Shown one piece after another: positions 17,884-27,218 of a stretch of 59,202 nucleotides of DNA. How positions within the stretch are numbered: the stretch's first letter is position 1; each line of letters opens with the position of its first letter. The DNA lies in contig CAMMXG010000004.1 of NCBI GenBank assembly GCA_946500895.1, positions 1 through 59,202 on the forward strand, given 5' to 3'. The notes under the pieces were generated by a model. The model was not told the DNA's origin. It saw only the letters and a program-made list of their open reading frames with translations, and made no database searches. The position numbers were made by a program, and so were the translations under genes. Source of the stretch: an uncultured Mycoplasma sp. Its GTDB lineage: Bacteria; Bacillota_I; Bacilli_A; RF39; UBA660.

Positions 17884-19038
17884 CTATATTCCACTTGTTA
17901 TAAATTTTAAACTTTGTTTTAAATAATCTAAAAATCCAGCTTTTTCAATATCTTCTTTTATAATTATTTCGGCTTCATCTATTATATTTCCATTACTATC
18001 GATAATTTCAGCAGTTCCAACAATGGTTCCTGCTTTTATTGGAGCAGTTATTTTGTCTACTTTAATGTTAAATGAATAATTTGTTGGTTTTTCTGTTACA
18101 CTTAATATTTCCGTTGCATCTTCTTTTAGATACACTTCTACTTCTTTTATTTTTCCTTTTTCTACCGGTATTGTTCCTAAAGCTTTATCTTTGCTGTAAA
18201 TGATATTGCTTTTAAAAGAATTAAAGCCATAAGACAGAAGTGTTGATGTATCACTGCTTCTTGCTTCTGCACTTGGAGATTTCATAACAACGCTAATTAA
18301 ACGTAAATCATTTTTCTTGGCTGTTGCAGTTAAGCAATACCCTGCTTCGGTTGTATATCCGGTTTTTAGCCCATCTACTCCATCATAAAATCTTACTAAT
18401 CTATTTGTGTTTACTAACCAAATCTGGGAACCATCTGGTTTGGTTAAATAATCTTCATAAATTGATGTATACTTTAATATATCTTCATGTTTCAATAATT
18501 CTTTTGCCATCAGAGCCATATCATAAGCAGTAGAATAGTGATTTTCATTATCTAAACCATGAGGATTAGCAAAATTCGTATTCTTAAGACCTAACTCACT
18601 TGCTCTTTTGTTCATTAATTCAACAAAAGCATCTACACTTCCACTTATCTTTTCGGCCATAGCTACCACTGCATCATTGGCACTAGCAATAGCAATACAT
18701 TTTAGCAAACTATCAACTGTATACTCTTCTCCAGCTTGTAAAAATACTTGAGACCCACCCATACCACTTGCATTTTCACTAATTAATACTTTATCATCAT
18801 ATTTTAATGAGCCATTTTCAATATTTTCCATAATTAGTAGCATACTCATAATTTTGGTCATACTTGCCATTGGTAGTTTCTCATCAATGTTTTTTTCATA
18901 TAATATTTTACCGCTTTCTGCATCCATTAATATGGCACTTTCACTATTCAAGTTAAGAGAATCTCCTTCCGCATGGACAGTTGGAAGAAAAAAGCAACTG
19001 ACAAGTATGATGATGAATATTTTTTTCAAATTAAACAC
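17884..19038 (-). CDS. D-alanyl-D-alanine carboxypeptidase (PBP5 class)
   Basis: Signal peptide, SMTKIMS (SxxK), SAND (SxN) and KTGYT (KTG), plus a C-terminal PBP5_C-like domain. Confidence 0.9.
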   Translation of the reverse strand: MFNLKKIFIIILVSCFFLPTVHAEGDSLNLNSESAILMDAESGKILYEKNIDEKLPMASMTKIMSMLLIMENIENGSLKYDDKVLISENASGMGGSQVFLQAGEEYTVDSLLKCIAIASANDAVVAMAEKISGSVDAFVELMNKRASELGLKNTNFANPHGLDNENHYSTAYDMALMAKELLKHEDILKYTSIYEDYLTKPDGSQIWLVNTNRLVRFYDGVDGLKTGYTTEAGYCLTATAKKNDLRLISVVMKSPSAEARSSDTSTLLSYGFNSFKSNIIYSKDKALGTIPVEKGKIKEVEVYLKEDATEILSVTEKPTNYSFNIKVDKITAPIKAGTIVGTAEIIDSNGNIIDEAEIIIKEDIEKAGFLDYLKQSLKFITSGI

Positions 19039-19090
19039 CTCTAGTAAAGAGTACGTGAAAATGTTATTTTTATGCTTAATTCTTTTATCC

Positions 19091-19885
19091 TTATTCTTCT
19101 TTTGTGATAATAAATTTACTAGCTAATTTATATTTATTTCTATTTTTAATATAAAAATATCCCAAAAAAGAATATACTGAAGCACCTATAAAATTAACGA
19201 ATAGATCTTCCATAGTATCATTTAAGCCAATATCTAAGTATCCACCTTCAATTGTAATAATTTCTTCATTATCCTGATTATAAAGAACTGTTTTATCTAT
19301 ATCTTTGATTTTGACTGCCTTATTACTTTTATTAGGGTCAAATTCTACAGAAGTGATACTGGTAATAATTGCATCTTTTTGCATATCTACTAATGTTGTT
19401 TTATCACAAGCGTATTCAATAAATTCCCAGCATACACCAATCGTCATGCTAAAACAAAAAGATGCAAGGGCTACATATAAAGGTGATAAATTTATCTTTT
19501 TACTATTGTTATTTAATAAATCAATTAGCGATAAACCTATTGCAGCACATAAAAAGCCATTTAGAGTATGAAGCATTAGATCCCAGTTGGCAATATGCCC
19601 ATAGAAATTATAAATTTCACCAAGAATTTCAGCAGCAAAAATAAAAATATAAATAATTACTTCTAAGGCGTTTGGTAATGTGATTTTGAATCTTCTTTGA
19701 ATAATGATAGGTAGCAAAAGTAAAAAAAGTGATAAAACACATAATAACGCACTATCTAAATGTCCTAGAAATATTTGTCTGATTAAACATAATATTACTA
19801 AAAATCGCAAGATAAAATAAACTAACAAACTACTCTTCTTTGTTTCCTTATATTCTTTTTTTAATTCATCAACTATTTTTGACAT
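19091..19885 (-). CDS. polytopic membrane protein, unknown function
   Basis: 264-aa ORF with about 6 TM segments. Family not recognised with confidence. Confidence 0.5.
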   Translation of the reverse strand: MSKIVDELKKEYKETKKSSLLVYFILRFLVILCLIRQIFLGHLDSALLCVLSLFLLLLPIIIQRRFKITLPNALEVIIYIFIFAAEILGEIYNFYGHIANWDLMLHTLNGFLCAAIGLSLIDLLNNNSKKINLSPLYVALASFCFSMTIGVCWEFIEYACDKTTLVDMQKDAIITSITSVEFDPNKSNKAVKIKDIDKTVLYNQDNEEIITIEGGYLDIGLNDTMEDLFVNFIGASVYSFLGYFYIKNRNKYKLASKFIITKEE

Positions 19886-19894
19886 ATTACCCTC

Positions 19895-20227
19895 CTATTT
19901 TATTAATTTGGTAATATCTTCACAGTATAGTTTTAATTCATTGTTATTATTTTTAAATGTGATGATATTCATACCAGTTTTATATTTAATTTCTTTTATT
20001 ACAGCAAAATTCACTTCAAAAACCACTTCTAAATTTTCGGGAATAGCTACCATTCTAGCTGCTAGAAAATCATTATATTCTAATTCTTTATTTACATCTT
20101 TTAATAAAACTAATCTTTTAGTAGTAAGAAATAATGTTAATTCATATCTGTTTTTGTTCGCTTCTACTTCAATGTCTTTTAATACTTTTATTAAATCTTC
20201 ATTATTATCTAATTTAAAATTTTTCAT
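19895..20227 (-). CDS. hypothetical protein
   Basis: 110-aa ORF immediately upstream of 19091..19885 on the same strand. Confidence 0.5.
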   Translation of the reverse strand: MKNFKLDNNEDLIKVLKDIEVEANKNRYELTLFLTTKRLVLLKDVNKELEYNDFLAARMVAIPENLEVVFEVNFAVIKEIKYKTGMNIITFKNNNNELKLYCEDITKLIK

Positions 20228-20306
20228 AAGTTTTACTCCTTATAATCATTTTAACATATTAAAATAACGAAAAAAAGAGTAATTTATACTCTTTTTGAAA
20301 CTTAAA

Positions 20307-20382
<76 letters not shown>

Positions 20383-20389
20383 AAAAAAA

Positions 20390-20466
20390 TGGCGGTTCGT
20401 ACGGGATTCGAACCCGTGATCTTCTGCGTGACAGGCAGACGTCATAGGCCTCTAGACTAACGAACC
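20390..20466 (-). tRNA. tRNA-Asp (GTC)
   Basis: Acceptor GGTTCGT/ACGAACC, anticodon loop CTGTCAC. Confidence 0.9.
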
Positions 20467-20469
20467 ACA

Positions 20470-20546
<77 letters not shown>

Positions 20547-20559
20547 ATGTAAAATTAAG

Positions 20560-20652
20560 TGGCGGAGGAAAAGGGATTCGAACCCCTGCGCCGATTGCTC
20601 GACCTCCCGGTTTTCAAGACCGGTCCCTTCAACCAGACTTGGGTATTCCTCC
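20560..20652 (-). tRNA. tRNA-Ser (TGA), long variable arm
   Basis: GGAGGAATACCCAAGTCTGG..., anticodon loop CTTGAAA. Confidence 0.9.
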
Positions 20653-20676
20653 ATATTTTTTCCGGTTAACAATGAA

Positions 20677-20705
20677 ATTATAGCAAAGATATTTTTACAT
20701 GTCAA
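20677..20705 (-). promoter_or_regulatory. consensus promoter of the four-tRNA operon
   Basis: Minus strand TTGACA (20705-20700), 17 nt, TATAAT (20682-20677), about 25 nt before tRNA-Ser. Confidence 0.7.
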
Positions 20706-20856
20706 CTAATTTCTTTACTTTTTTAAACTTCTATTATTAATTATAATCATATTTTTAAAATATTTCCTAAAAATTAACTATTTTTTGCAAAAAGTACTTG
20801 AAAAAGAAACAAAAACATATTATACTTAAGAAGTCTTATTCATTAAGACAGTGCCT

Positions 20857-20945
20857 GCCCAAGTGGCGGAATAGGTAGACGCACAGGACTTAAAATCCTG
20901 CGGGTGTTAAAGCTCGTGCCGGTTCAAGTCCGGCCTTGGGCACCA
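20857..20945 (+). tRNA. tRNA-Leu (TAA), long variable arm
   Basis: Acceptor GCCCAAG/CTTGGGC, anticodon loop CTTAAAA. TTGAAA-17-TATACT promoter upstream. Confidence 0.9.
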
Positions 20946-20999
20946 ACTTAGAATTTGAAAGCTCTGTTTAGAGAGCTTTTTTTATTATAGAAAATTAAG

Positions 21000-21347
21000 T
21001 TACTCATTTTTATTTATTTCTCTTAATTTTTCATTAATCCATATTCCTAAATGCTCTTTTAAAGGTTGAAAACCATCTTTGTTACTTTCTTCTTTTTCTT
21101 TACCATCTAATTTATAATTGATATTTTTGATAGATAATTTTAAGTGCTTTGTTTCATTATCTGCTTCAATTACTTTAGCATATATTTCTTCACCAACTTC
21201 AGCATAGTCAGTTACATTATGGACAAAACTATTAGATATTTCTGATATATGAATTAAACCATTATATTCATCATTTATTTTTACAAAAATACCATATTCT
21301 TTAAATCCTGTTACAATACATTTTACTGTATCCCCTATTTTATACAT
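21000..21347 (-). CDS. S1 RNA-binding domain protein (YabR/general stress protein 13-like)
   Basis: IGDTVKCIVTGFKEYGIFVKINDEYNGLIHISEIS...GEEIYAKVI is an S1 fold signature. Confidence 0.8.
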   Translation of the reverse strand: MYKIGDTVKCIVTGFKEYGIFVKINDEYNGLIHISEISNSFVHNVTDYAEVGEEIYAKVIEADNETKHLKLSIKNINYKLDGKEKEESNKDGFQPLKEHLGIWINEKLREINKNE

Positions 21348-21428
21348 GAATTACCACCTAAAAATATTATAACATGTTTTTCTTTACATAGAAAATATTT
21401 TCTTTTATAATAAATTTGGTGATTAATT

Positions 21429-21653
21429 ATGGAAGAACAAGTAAAAGCTTTGATTGATGAATTACGTCCTTATCTAAGTCAAGATGGAGGCGATATTGAG
21501 TTTATTCGTTTAGAAGATAACTATGTCTATATCAAACTTACTGGAGCATGTCGTGATTGTATGTTTCAAGATAATACGATTGCTTATGGAATTGAAGCCT
21601 TACTTAAAGATAGAATACCAGAAATTGAAGGAGTTATAAATGTTGATTTATAA
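21429..21653 (+). CDS. NifU-like (Nfu/YutI-type) Fe-S cluster protein
   Basis: LRPYLSQDGGDIEFIRLEDNYVYIKLTGACRDC contains the CxxC motif. Confidence 0.85.
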   Translation: MEEQVKALIDELRPYLSQDGGDIEFIRLEDNYVYIKLTGACRDCMFQDNTIAYGIEALLKDRIPEIEGVINVDL

Positions 21654-21654
21654 C

Positions 21655-22590
21655 TCATTTTTTATTTAAAATCCAGTCAATTCCTTCTATGGGTGCGTAT
21701 TTATTTATTTCTATATATGCATCACGTAAAAAATCTTCATATTCATCTGCTCTTTCAATGATTGGAATTAATTTTTCTTCATTTTCTAAATTATTCATGA
21801 TAACTTCATAAATATCAAAATAATAAGATGGATACAAAAGTCTAGCATATAAAAGTTCTAAGCTATATATTGAAAATCTAGTTATTTTTAATGTTTCTTT
21901 TAAATAACTGAATGCATCTTCCCCTGCAAAGAAAGCACTTTTTATATATTCAGCAATATCCCTAATCTCTAAATCAAAAATAAAACTTAAGGGATTTAGG
22001 TAATTTAATTTGTAATTAGGATATTTAATGCGGCGATGTGATAAGCAAATACGATCTATTGATGTTTTCTGATACTTTGTGCTGGCATTATTTACATAAC
22101 TTATCGCATTTTCGCCCAACCCAATATAATAGCTAAAACTATCGAGTATAATTTCATGATTTTTTCCAAGTTCATGGATTTGATATTCAAAATAATCAAT
22201 TTTATCACTCCATAATTTGGACCATGAGTTACGATACAAATTACTTTTATTCGGAGTTAAAATTAAATTGTTATTTATTTTCAGCATGTCTTTTATATCG
22301 TATTCTTTATAAATATCCCCTATTGGTTTTAATAATATATAATTTGTTTCATATACATTTGTAATTAATTTACCAAACTTATTTAAAATTAAATCATGAC
22401 ATTCTAATCCTCTTGTTTTTAATTCTTTGGTTATTTGGGTTAAATCTAATAACTCTCTTTCTGTTCTTTTAAATGGCACAAAATAAAATTTTTCTTTATT
22501 GTAAGTGAAGCAAAATATCTCATCCCAATCTTCTACACTATCAATATTAAAATTATAGTAATAATTAATAATATCTTTCATATTCATCAC
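21655..22590 (-). CDS. CotS/YutH-like spore coat kinase-fold protein
   Basis: Size, sequence style and position next to yutI-like and yutD-like genes (Bacillus yut synteny). No strong catalytic motif read. Confidence 0.45.
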   Translation of the reverse strand: MMNMKDIINYYYNFNIDSVEDWDEIFCFTYNKEKFYFVPFKRTERELLDLTQITKELKTRGLECHDLILNKFGKLITNVYETNYILLKPIGDIYKEYDIKDMLKINNNLILTPNKSNLYRNSWSKLWSDKIDYFEYQIHELGKNHEIILDSFSYYIGLGENAISYVNNASTKYQKTSIDRICLSHRRIKYPNYKLNYLNPLSFIFDLEIRDIAEYIKSAFFAGEDAFSYLKETLKITRFSIYSLELLYARLLYPSYYFDIYEVIMNNLENEEKLIPIIERADEYEDFLRDAYIEINKYAPIEGIDWILNKK

Positions 22591-22627
22591 TTATTTAAAT
22601 GTATGAAAAAACTGATGTTTTAATACA

Positions 22628-23668
22628 TCAGCTTTGATTACTATTAGGATTTACAGGCATAAAATTATTTAAATCCATTACCTTTTTTGCATTATCATGT
22701 GCAATATTAGCAACTTGTTCTCTTGCCTCAGCATTGGCTAAATGTTCATTTGCATCTTTTAATTTGGCATTTATCTCTGCTTCTTTTCTCTCTAATTCTT
22801 TTTCTTTCGCATCTAGAGCACTTAATTCTTTTTGATATTTAGAAATTAAGGCATCAAACATATTTTCACAAGCTTTTAAGAAAGTTTCTTTATCATTATC
22901 AAAATTCATTTTATTAGAATTTATTTCTGTAACATTATCTACCACTTCACTAGGAGTCATTTTAGGTTCTACTACAGGACTCTCAGGAATACTTGGACTA
23001 ACAGGTGTTTGTTCTACTGTTTGTGGTGCTATATTAGCCTCTGGATAACTAGGAATATTATTTACGACAGTAGCAGGATTAACACTTGTTGGAGAAGCAA
23101 CTTGAGTTGGTATTGGTGCAGGTGAACTAGGTGTCTCTTTTACTTTATAAGCATCATCAATTAGATTCATTACAGATTCTTGTTGTGGCTCTGCTTGTTG
23201 TGGAGTAACTGGAGTTACATTTACAGTAGTATTACTTACTGTACTTGCACTTGGCATTACAGGTGAAACTTCTGATGAGGATGGTGTTAAAGTTGGAGTT
23301 GCACCACCTTGATTGGAAGCATCAACTACTATATAACGTGCTTTTATGGCATCGAATGAACTTTGAGGTAAAGTAAGTGGTGTATAGTAAGCTTCATCTG
23401 CTGTTAAATTATCTCCTATTTTTACATATTCAAAATTTGTACCACTAATTATTCCTTTTAAATAATTTTTGACACTTTGCCATTCATTCGCATCATTTAT
23501 TTTTTCTAATTTATTACTATATTTGCAAACGTAAATGATAGGAAGCCCCATAGATCCCATTTTTTCGCCATCTAATACTACATATATATTATTTTCCACT
23601 TTAAAAGCACTTAAAATATTTAAACTTTCTACACTGCCTGTAGGTTTTGTAATATTTACTTTTGCCAT
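22628..23668 (-). CDS. hypothetical protein: globular N-domain, Pro/Ser/Thr/Val-rich linker, C-terminal coiled coil
   Basis: 346-aa ORF with low-complexity PVTPQQAEPQQ.../SPAPIPTQVASPTSVNP and KELERKEAEINAKLKDANEHLANAE. Confidence 0.5.
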   Translation of the reverse strand: MAKVNITKPTGSVESLNILSAFKVENNIYVVLDGEKMGSMGLPIIYVCKYSNKLEKINDANEWQSVKNYLKGIISGTNFEYVKIGDNLTADEAYYTPLTLPQSSFDAIKARYIVVDASNQGGATPTLTPSSSEVSPVMPSASTVSNTTVNVTPVTPQQAEPQQESVMNLIDDAYKVKETPSSPAPIPTQVASPTSVNPATVVNNIPSYPEANIAPQTVEQTPVSPSIPESPVVEPKMTPSEVVDNVTEINSNKMNFDNDKETFLKACENMFDALISKYQKELSALDAKEKELERKEAEINAKLKDANEHLANAEAREQVANIAHDNAKKVMDLNNFMPVNPNSNQS

Positions 23669-23717
23669 TTATATCCCTCTCTATTCTAATTTATTATATC
23701 AAAATATTTTTCATTCT

Positions 23718-23999
23718 TCAATTCTTTATTTCACTGATCATAAACCAGCGACATCCATAAGCACAATTTTGTTTGATATAATCACTCACTTTATCGACAT
23801 CATTTAAATCTTTGAAATTTTTATTGGTTTTACTATTAAACCCTTTTAATCTTAATTTACCATAAGCGATATCACCAACTATATAATCAAAATCATCGAA
23901 ATAATCAGTTATTTTTTCTTCTAATTCACTAATATTAATTGCGTCTTTGTAATTATTTAATACTTGATATTTACGATTATTAATTGTAATTACTTCCAT
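23718..23999 (-). CDS. YutD-like protein (DUF1027)
   Basis: FDYIVGDIAYGKLRLKGF is the motif I associate with the YutD family. Confidence 0.65.
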   Translation of the reverse strand: MEVITINNRKYQVLNNYKDAINISELEEKITDYFDDFDYIVGDIAYGKLRLKGFNSKTNKNFKDLNDVDKVSDYIKQNCAYGCRWFMISEIKN

Positions 24000-24008
24000 A
24001 AACCCTCC

Positions 24009-24860
24009 TTAAATAATACTAAAAATGATAATTGATATGACACTTAGAGAAGTTACGATAACGCTCATTAGTAATAATATATCAACATATCCATTTCCCG
24101 TAGTTATTTTCTTCCCGTATAATTTGTAATAATCCATAGCTTTATTTAATTCATGATCTCTATTTACACTTTCAGCATCTACTTCAAAATATTCATAAGC
24201 TTTATTTTGAGCTTTATTTATTTCTTCGTTGCTCATATTCTTCAAATTAGATAAATTTAGTCCTAATAAGTTTAGCGCTTCTAAATTTAGGTTTCCACTA
24301 ATGGTCTTGTCTAAAGCGATTTCTTTGGTAACATCCATTTCATTTAATTTTGAATAATAATATTTTTCAATGAAATTTAAGTCATCACTATTTAGATATC
24401 CATAGGAATAACGATATGGGTTCGTTGTATGAGATGAATAAATTAAATCCAAAAACGTTTCTTCTTCGGTAAGTGAAACACTACTACTTTTTTTCTTAGC
24501 AACAAACATATCTACTAAATATTTTTGAATACTTATAAAGTATGGATTTTTCTTTTTTATTTTACGTTTTTTATTTTCTACTTCAAATTCATAGAACCTT
24601 AGGAAATCATCCTTAAATAAAGCAATTTCTGATTTGCTAATTCCATATTTTCCTAAATTATTCATAAAAACGATGCTGTTTTTTAAATAATAAGGATTTA
24701 AAATATCTAATTTTCCATAAATTAAAGCAAGTATGCGAATAACAACAATAAGAGAAGTATTGTAGACAACGCTATCTTTATTACTGCTATTTTCAATATA
24801 TAATTTGATTGAATTTTCAAAAGCAATATTCACAAAGTACTCTTCCCTCATATTATTCAC
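24009..24860 (-). CDS. hypothetical protein with C-terminal TM anchor
   Basis: 283-aa ORF with C-terminal VDILLLMSVIVTSLSVISIIIFSII. Confidence 0.5.
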   Translation of the reverse strand: MNNMREEYFVNIAFENSIKLYIENSSNKDSVVYNTSLIVVIRILALIYGKLDILNPYYLKNSIVFMNNLGKYGISKSEIALFKDDFLRFYEFEVENKKRKIKKKNPYFISIQKYLVDMFVAKKKSSSVSLTEEETFLDLIYSSHTTNPYRYSYGYLNSDDLNFIEKYYYSKLNEMDVTKEIALDKTISGNLNLEALNLLGLNLSNLKNMSNEEINKAQNKAYEYFEVDAESVNRDHELNKAMDYYKLYGKKITTGNGYVDILLLMSVIVTSLSVISIIIFSII

Positions 24861-24929
24861 CTAATCTATTATACCAAGTTAAATTGTAAAAAACAATTAT
24901 CAAATTTTGTAAAGATGTTTACAATTCAT

Positions 24930-25169
24930 TTACTTTCTTTTGATAAAAAATTTATAAACTGGTATATCTAGGGTATTGGCAATATTATTGATTATATTAA
25001 TATTTAAGACTAATTCTTTTCTTTTTTCTTCAATACTTCTTATTAAATTGATATGGATACCACTTAGTTTTGCTAGTCTTTCTTCTGTTAAATATCCATA
25101 TTTCAAGTTATTAGTTCTATAAAAATAAACATTTTCACTAATTGTATTATATAATTCTTTTAAATTCAT
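24930..25169 (-). CDS. small XRE-like HTH protein
   Basis: LTEERLAKLSGIHINLIRSIEEKRK. Start moved to the ATG at 25169, because the upstream part of the track ORF is the terminator-containing leader. Confidence 0.6.
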   Translation of the reverse strand: MNLKELYNTISENVYFYRTNNLKYGYLTEERLAKLSGIHINLIRSIEEKRKELVLNINIINNIANTLDIPVYKFFIKRK

Positions 25170-25178
25170 TTTTCCACC

Positions 25179-25245
25179 AAAAAAAGCACTTGACCCCGAG
25201 GGCATATAAGCCAAAAGAGAGTTTGGAAATTTGGCCAAGTGCTTT
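25179..25245 (-). terminator. intrinsic terminator inside the 5' leader of the HTH gene (leader/sRNA of about 90 nt)
   Basis: Minus strand AAAGCACTTG ... CAAGTGCTTT 10-bp closing stem with an inner GCCAAA/TTTGGC helix, then a U7 run ending 3 nt before the GGTGG RBS. Confidence 0.55.
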
Positions 25246-25273
25246 ATCGCACAGAAAATTTCTGTACAACTAT

Positions 25274-25317
25274 ATTATATATTTACTCTCAGTAATAATC
25301 AAGCAAAAGCGTTCGAC
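25274..25317 (-). promoter_or_regulatory. promoter with upstream GTCGAAC box (locus C)
   Basis: Minus strand GTCGAAC (25317-25311), 8 nt, TTGATT (25302-25297), 17 nt, TATAAT (25279-25274). Confidence 0.6.
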
Positions 25318-25382
25318 AATTTTTGCCAATTTTAATTTTAACTCTTTTTTATATTGCTCATAAAATAAAATAGGTGATATTT

Positions 25383-25568
25383 ATGTATCCTAGAGGACCT
25401 GGTGGAGGATTTTTTACAATACTTGCAATTTTCTGTTTATGTATTTTAATTTTATATCAAATTATTATTACCCTTATTTTGCCTTTTCGTTTTAATATTT
25501 TTATTTTACTTGTTGAAGTTTTTATTTTGTTTTGGCTTTTATTTCGAATTATCTATCCTCGTTGTTAG
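25383..25568 (+). CDS. small hydrophobic membrane protein (61 aa)
   Basis: MYPRGPGGGFFTILAIFCLCILIL... AGGTGA lies 6 nt before the ATG. Its 3' end overlaps the convergent ysxE-like gene by 20 nt. Confidence 0.4.
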   Translation: MYPRGPGGGFFTILAIFCLCILILYQIIITLILPFRFNIFILLVEVFILFWLLFRIIYPRC

Positions 25569-26448
25569 GGGGAAGTAGTTTTTTTACTAGATTTTCTGTT
25601 TTAAACATATAATCTAGTTTTTTTCTTATTTCTTTGGTAACATTTATTTCTCTACCTTCTAAATTCATAATAGGTGGAATACTAATTACAATAAAAAATA
25701 AATGTTTTTCACTTGGATTTAGGGGGTAGCTCCTGAAATATCTTTCTAATATTGGCTCAAAATTTAAGTTCATGTATTCATGCTCATAAAAGCCTATTAA
25801 ATCTAAGACTGGTGAATCTATTTTTGACTTTTCCCAACTTATTAAATATTCCCGATTATTTTTTATAAAATGATCTGTTTCTAAATTATTGTGAATAAAA
25901 GCCACCCTTGTTTTTTGATCTTCTTTTGTATGATCAAACCATTCATCTAATTCTTTATTGCAAAATTCTATCGCTTCAAATATCTTGTAAATGTTACGCA
26001 TTAAAAGATAATGACTAGGCGATGGATATATTTCTTCAAGTAACTTCTCATACCAAAAATTATAATAATTTTCAGTGTAAAGGATATTCTCTTTTAAGTT
26101 TTCATATATTTCCTTGTATTTGTCTTCTGTTACTTCTTTATAATAAGTTGTTTTATTGTGAAGTAGCGCTACTAAATCAATCATATCCATCGCTTTTTGC
26201 TCTTTAGGCATTGGTATATCTTCTATATATTCAAATACATTTACATCATCACGTTCGTCTAAGGCTAATTTAGGGAAGTAGTCAAAGTTACGACTCATTA
26301 GATATGAGTAAGCTTCGGCAACTTTATTATCTCTTTTTTCTTTTACTACAAAAGTACCACTGGTGGAATCAATAATGGTAACATTTTTCTTTTTGGTTAA
26401 ACGGTAAGGTTTAAATTCTCTTTTTAATACTTCAAGAGCATTATTCAT
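25549..26448 (-). CDS. ysxE: spore coat protein YsxE-like (CotS-family kinase fold)
   Basis: Overlaps and follows spoVID as in Bacillus. The HNNLETDHF motif resembles the CotS-family catalytic loop. Confidence 0.55.
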   Translation of the reverse strand: MNNALEVLKREFKPYRLTKKKNVTIIDSTSGTFVVKEKRDNKVAEAYSYLMSRNFDYFPKLALDERDDVNVFEYIEDIPMPKEQKAMDMIDLVALLHNKTTYYKEVTEDKYKEIYENLKENILYTENYYNFWYEKLLEEIYPSPSHYLLMRNIYKIFEAIEFCNKELDEWFDHTKEDQKTRVAFIHNNLETDHFIKNNREYLISWEKSKIDSPVLDLIGFYEHEYMNLNFEPILERYFRSYPLNPSEKHLFFIVISIPPIMNLEGREINVTKEIRKKLDYMFKTENLVKKLLPPNNEDR

Positions 26449-27133
26449 TTGATTCCGGTATGATTAGTTTATCGCCTGCTGTAATATTTGATAAATCATT
26501 ATAGTCTTGTAATATATTTAAATTAGAATTATACATTGTGCAAATTGTTTCAACACTTTCGCCATCACTTACCATATGGATATGATATGTAGCATATTCA
26601 TTTCCATCACTTTTTATATTTTTTATAATTGTATCTTCACTCTCTCTTTCTTCTTCCTCTTTTTTTGTTTCTTCTGACTCTTCTTTTATGCTTTTTTCTT
26701 CTCTTTCCTCTTTATCTTCACGAACATTTGGTTCTAAGTCCTCTTCATCTAAAAAAGCAGTACTGGCATCTTGAAATAATGGTTCTTCCTCTTCCTCCAC
26801 TTCTTCCTTTTCTTTTAGACTAGCAATTACATTAAAATCAATGTTTACTCTCAAGATGCTGTTATCTACTATTTCATAAGTGAAGTCTTCAATCATAAAT
26901 TCGATTGTATCTGGATCAACATCCTCTGCTAAATCAATTTCAAAAGGTAATATATAAGAAAATGGTTCTTTGTTGATACTTACTTCATGGCTTTTAAAAT
27001 CACCTGATACAATAAAATTTCCTTTTAAAATTCCCTCTTCTATTTTGGTTTCGTGTTCTAGACTAATTGATGTTATTTCACTTACTTTTTTTTCAAAATC
27101 AATATCTTTTGTAAATGGTATTTTACAATTCAT
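26441..27133 (-). CDS. spoVID: stage VI sporulation protein D
   Basis: N-terminal SpoVID-like domain (VSEITSISLEHE...GNFIVSGDF), a highly acidic Glu-rich middle, and a C-terminal LysM (YHIHMVSDGESVETICTMYN...AGDKLIIP). Confidence 0.75.
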   Translation of the reverse strand: MNCKIPFTKDIDFEKKVSEITSISLEHETKIEEGILKGNFIVSGDFKSHEVSINKEPFSYILPFEIDLAEDVDPDTIEFMIEDFTYEIVDNSILRVNIDFNVIASLKEKEEVEEEEEPLFQDASTAFLDEEDLEPNVREDKEEREEKSIKEESEETKKEEEERESEDTIIKNIKSDGNEYATYHIHMVSDGESVETICTMYNSNLNILQDYNDLSNITAGDKLIIPESNE

Positions 27134-27151
27134 TCAATCATCTCCTAAAAA

Positions 27152-27159
27152 ATTGTATG
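27152..27159 (-). promoter_or_regulatory. possible sigma-E-type -10 element upstream of spoVID
   Basis: Minus strand CATACAAT, 13 nt before the AGGAG RBS, with an ATA-containing -35 candidate about 15 nt upstream. Confidence 0.35.
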
Positions 27160-27218
27160 AATTTTATTTGGTATTATGCTTTTTTTCGTATAAAAAATAG
27201 AAATTACCAAAATAATTT

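Noticed and set aside
12600-17900. Integrase, relaxase or transposase genes and flanking att direct repeats for the tRNA-adjacent islet
   Set aside because: I looked in all frames of the gaps (12800-13100, 14655-14925, 16689-16890, 17690-17884) and found no recombinase-like ORF or remnant and no convincing repeat of the tRNA end. The element call is therefore kept at low confidence.
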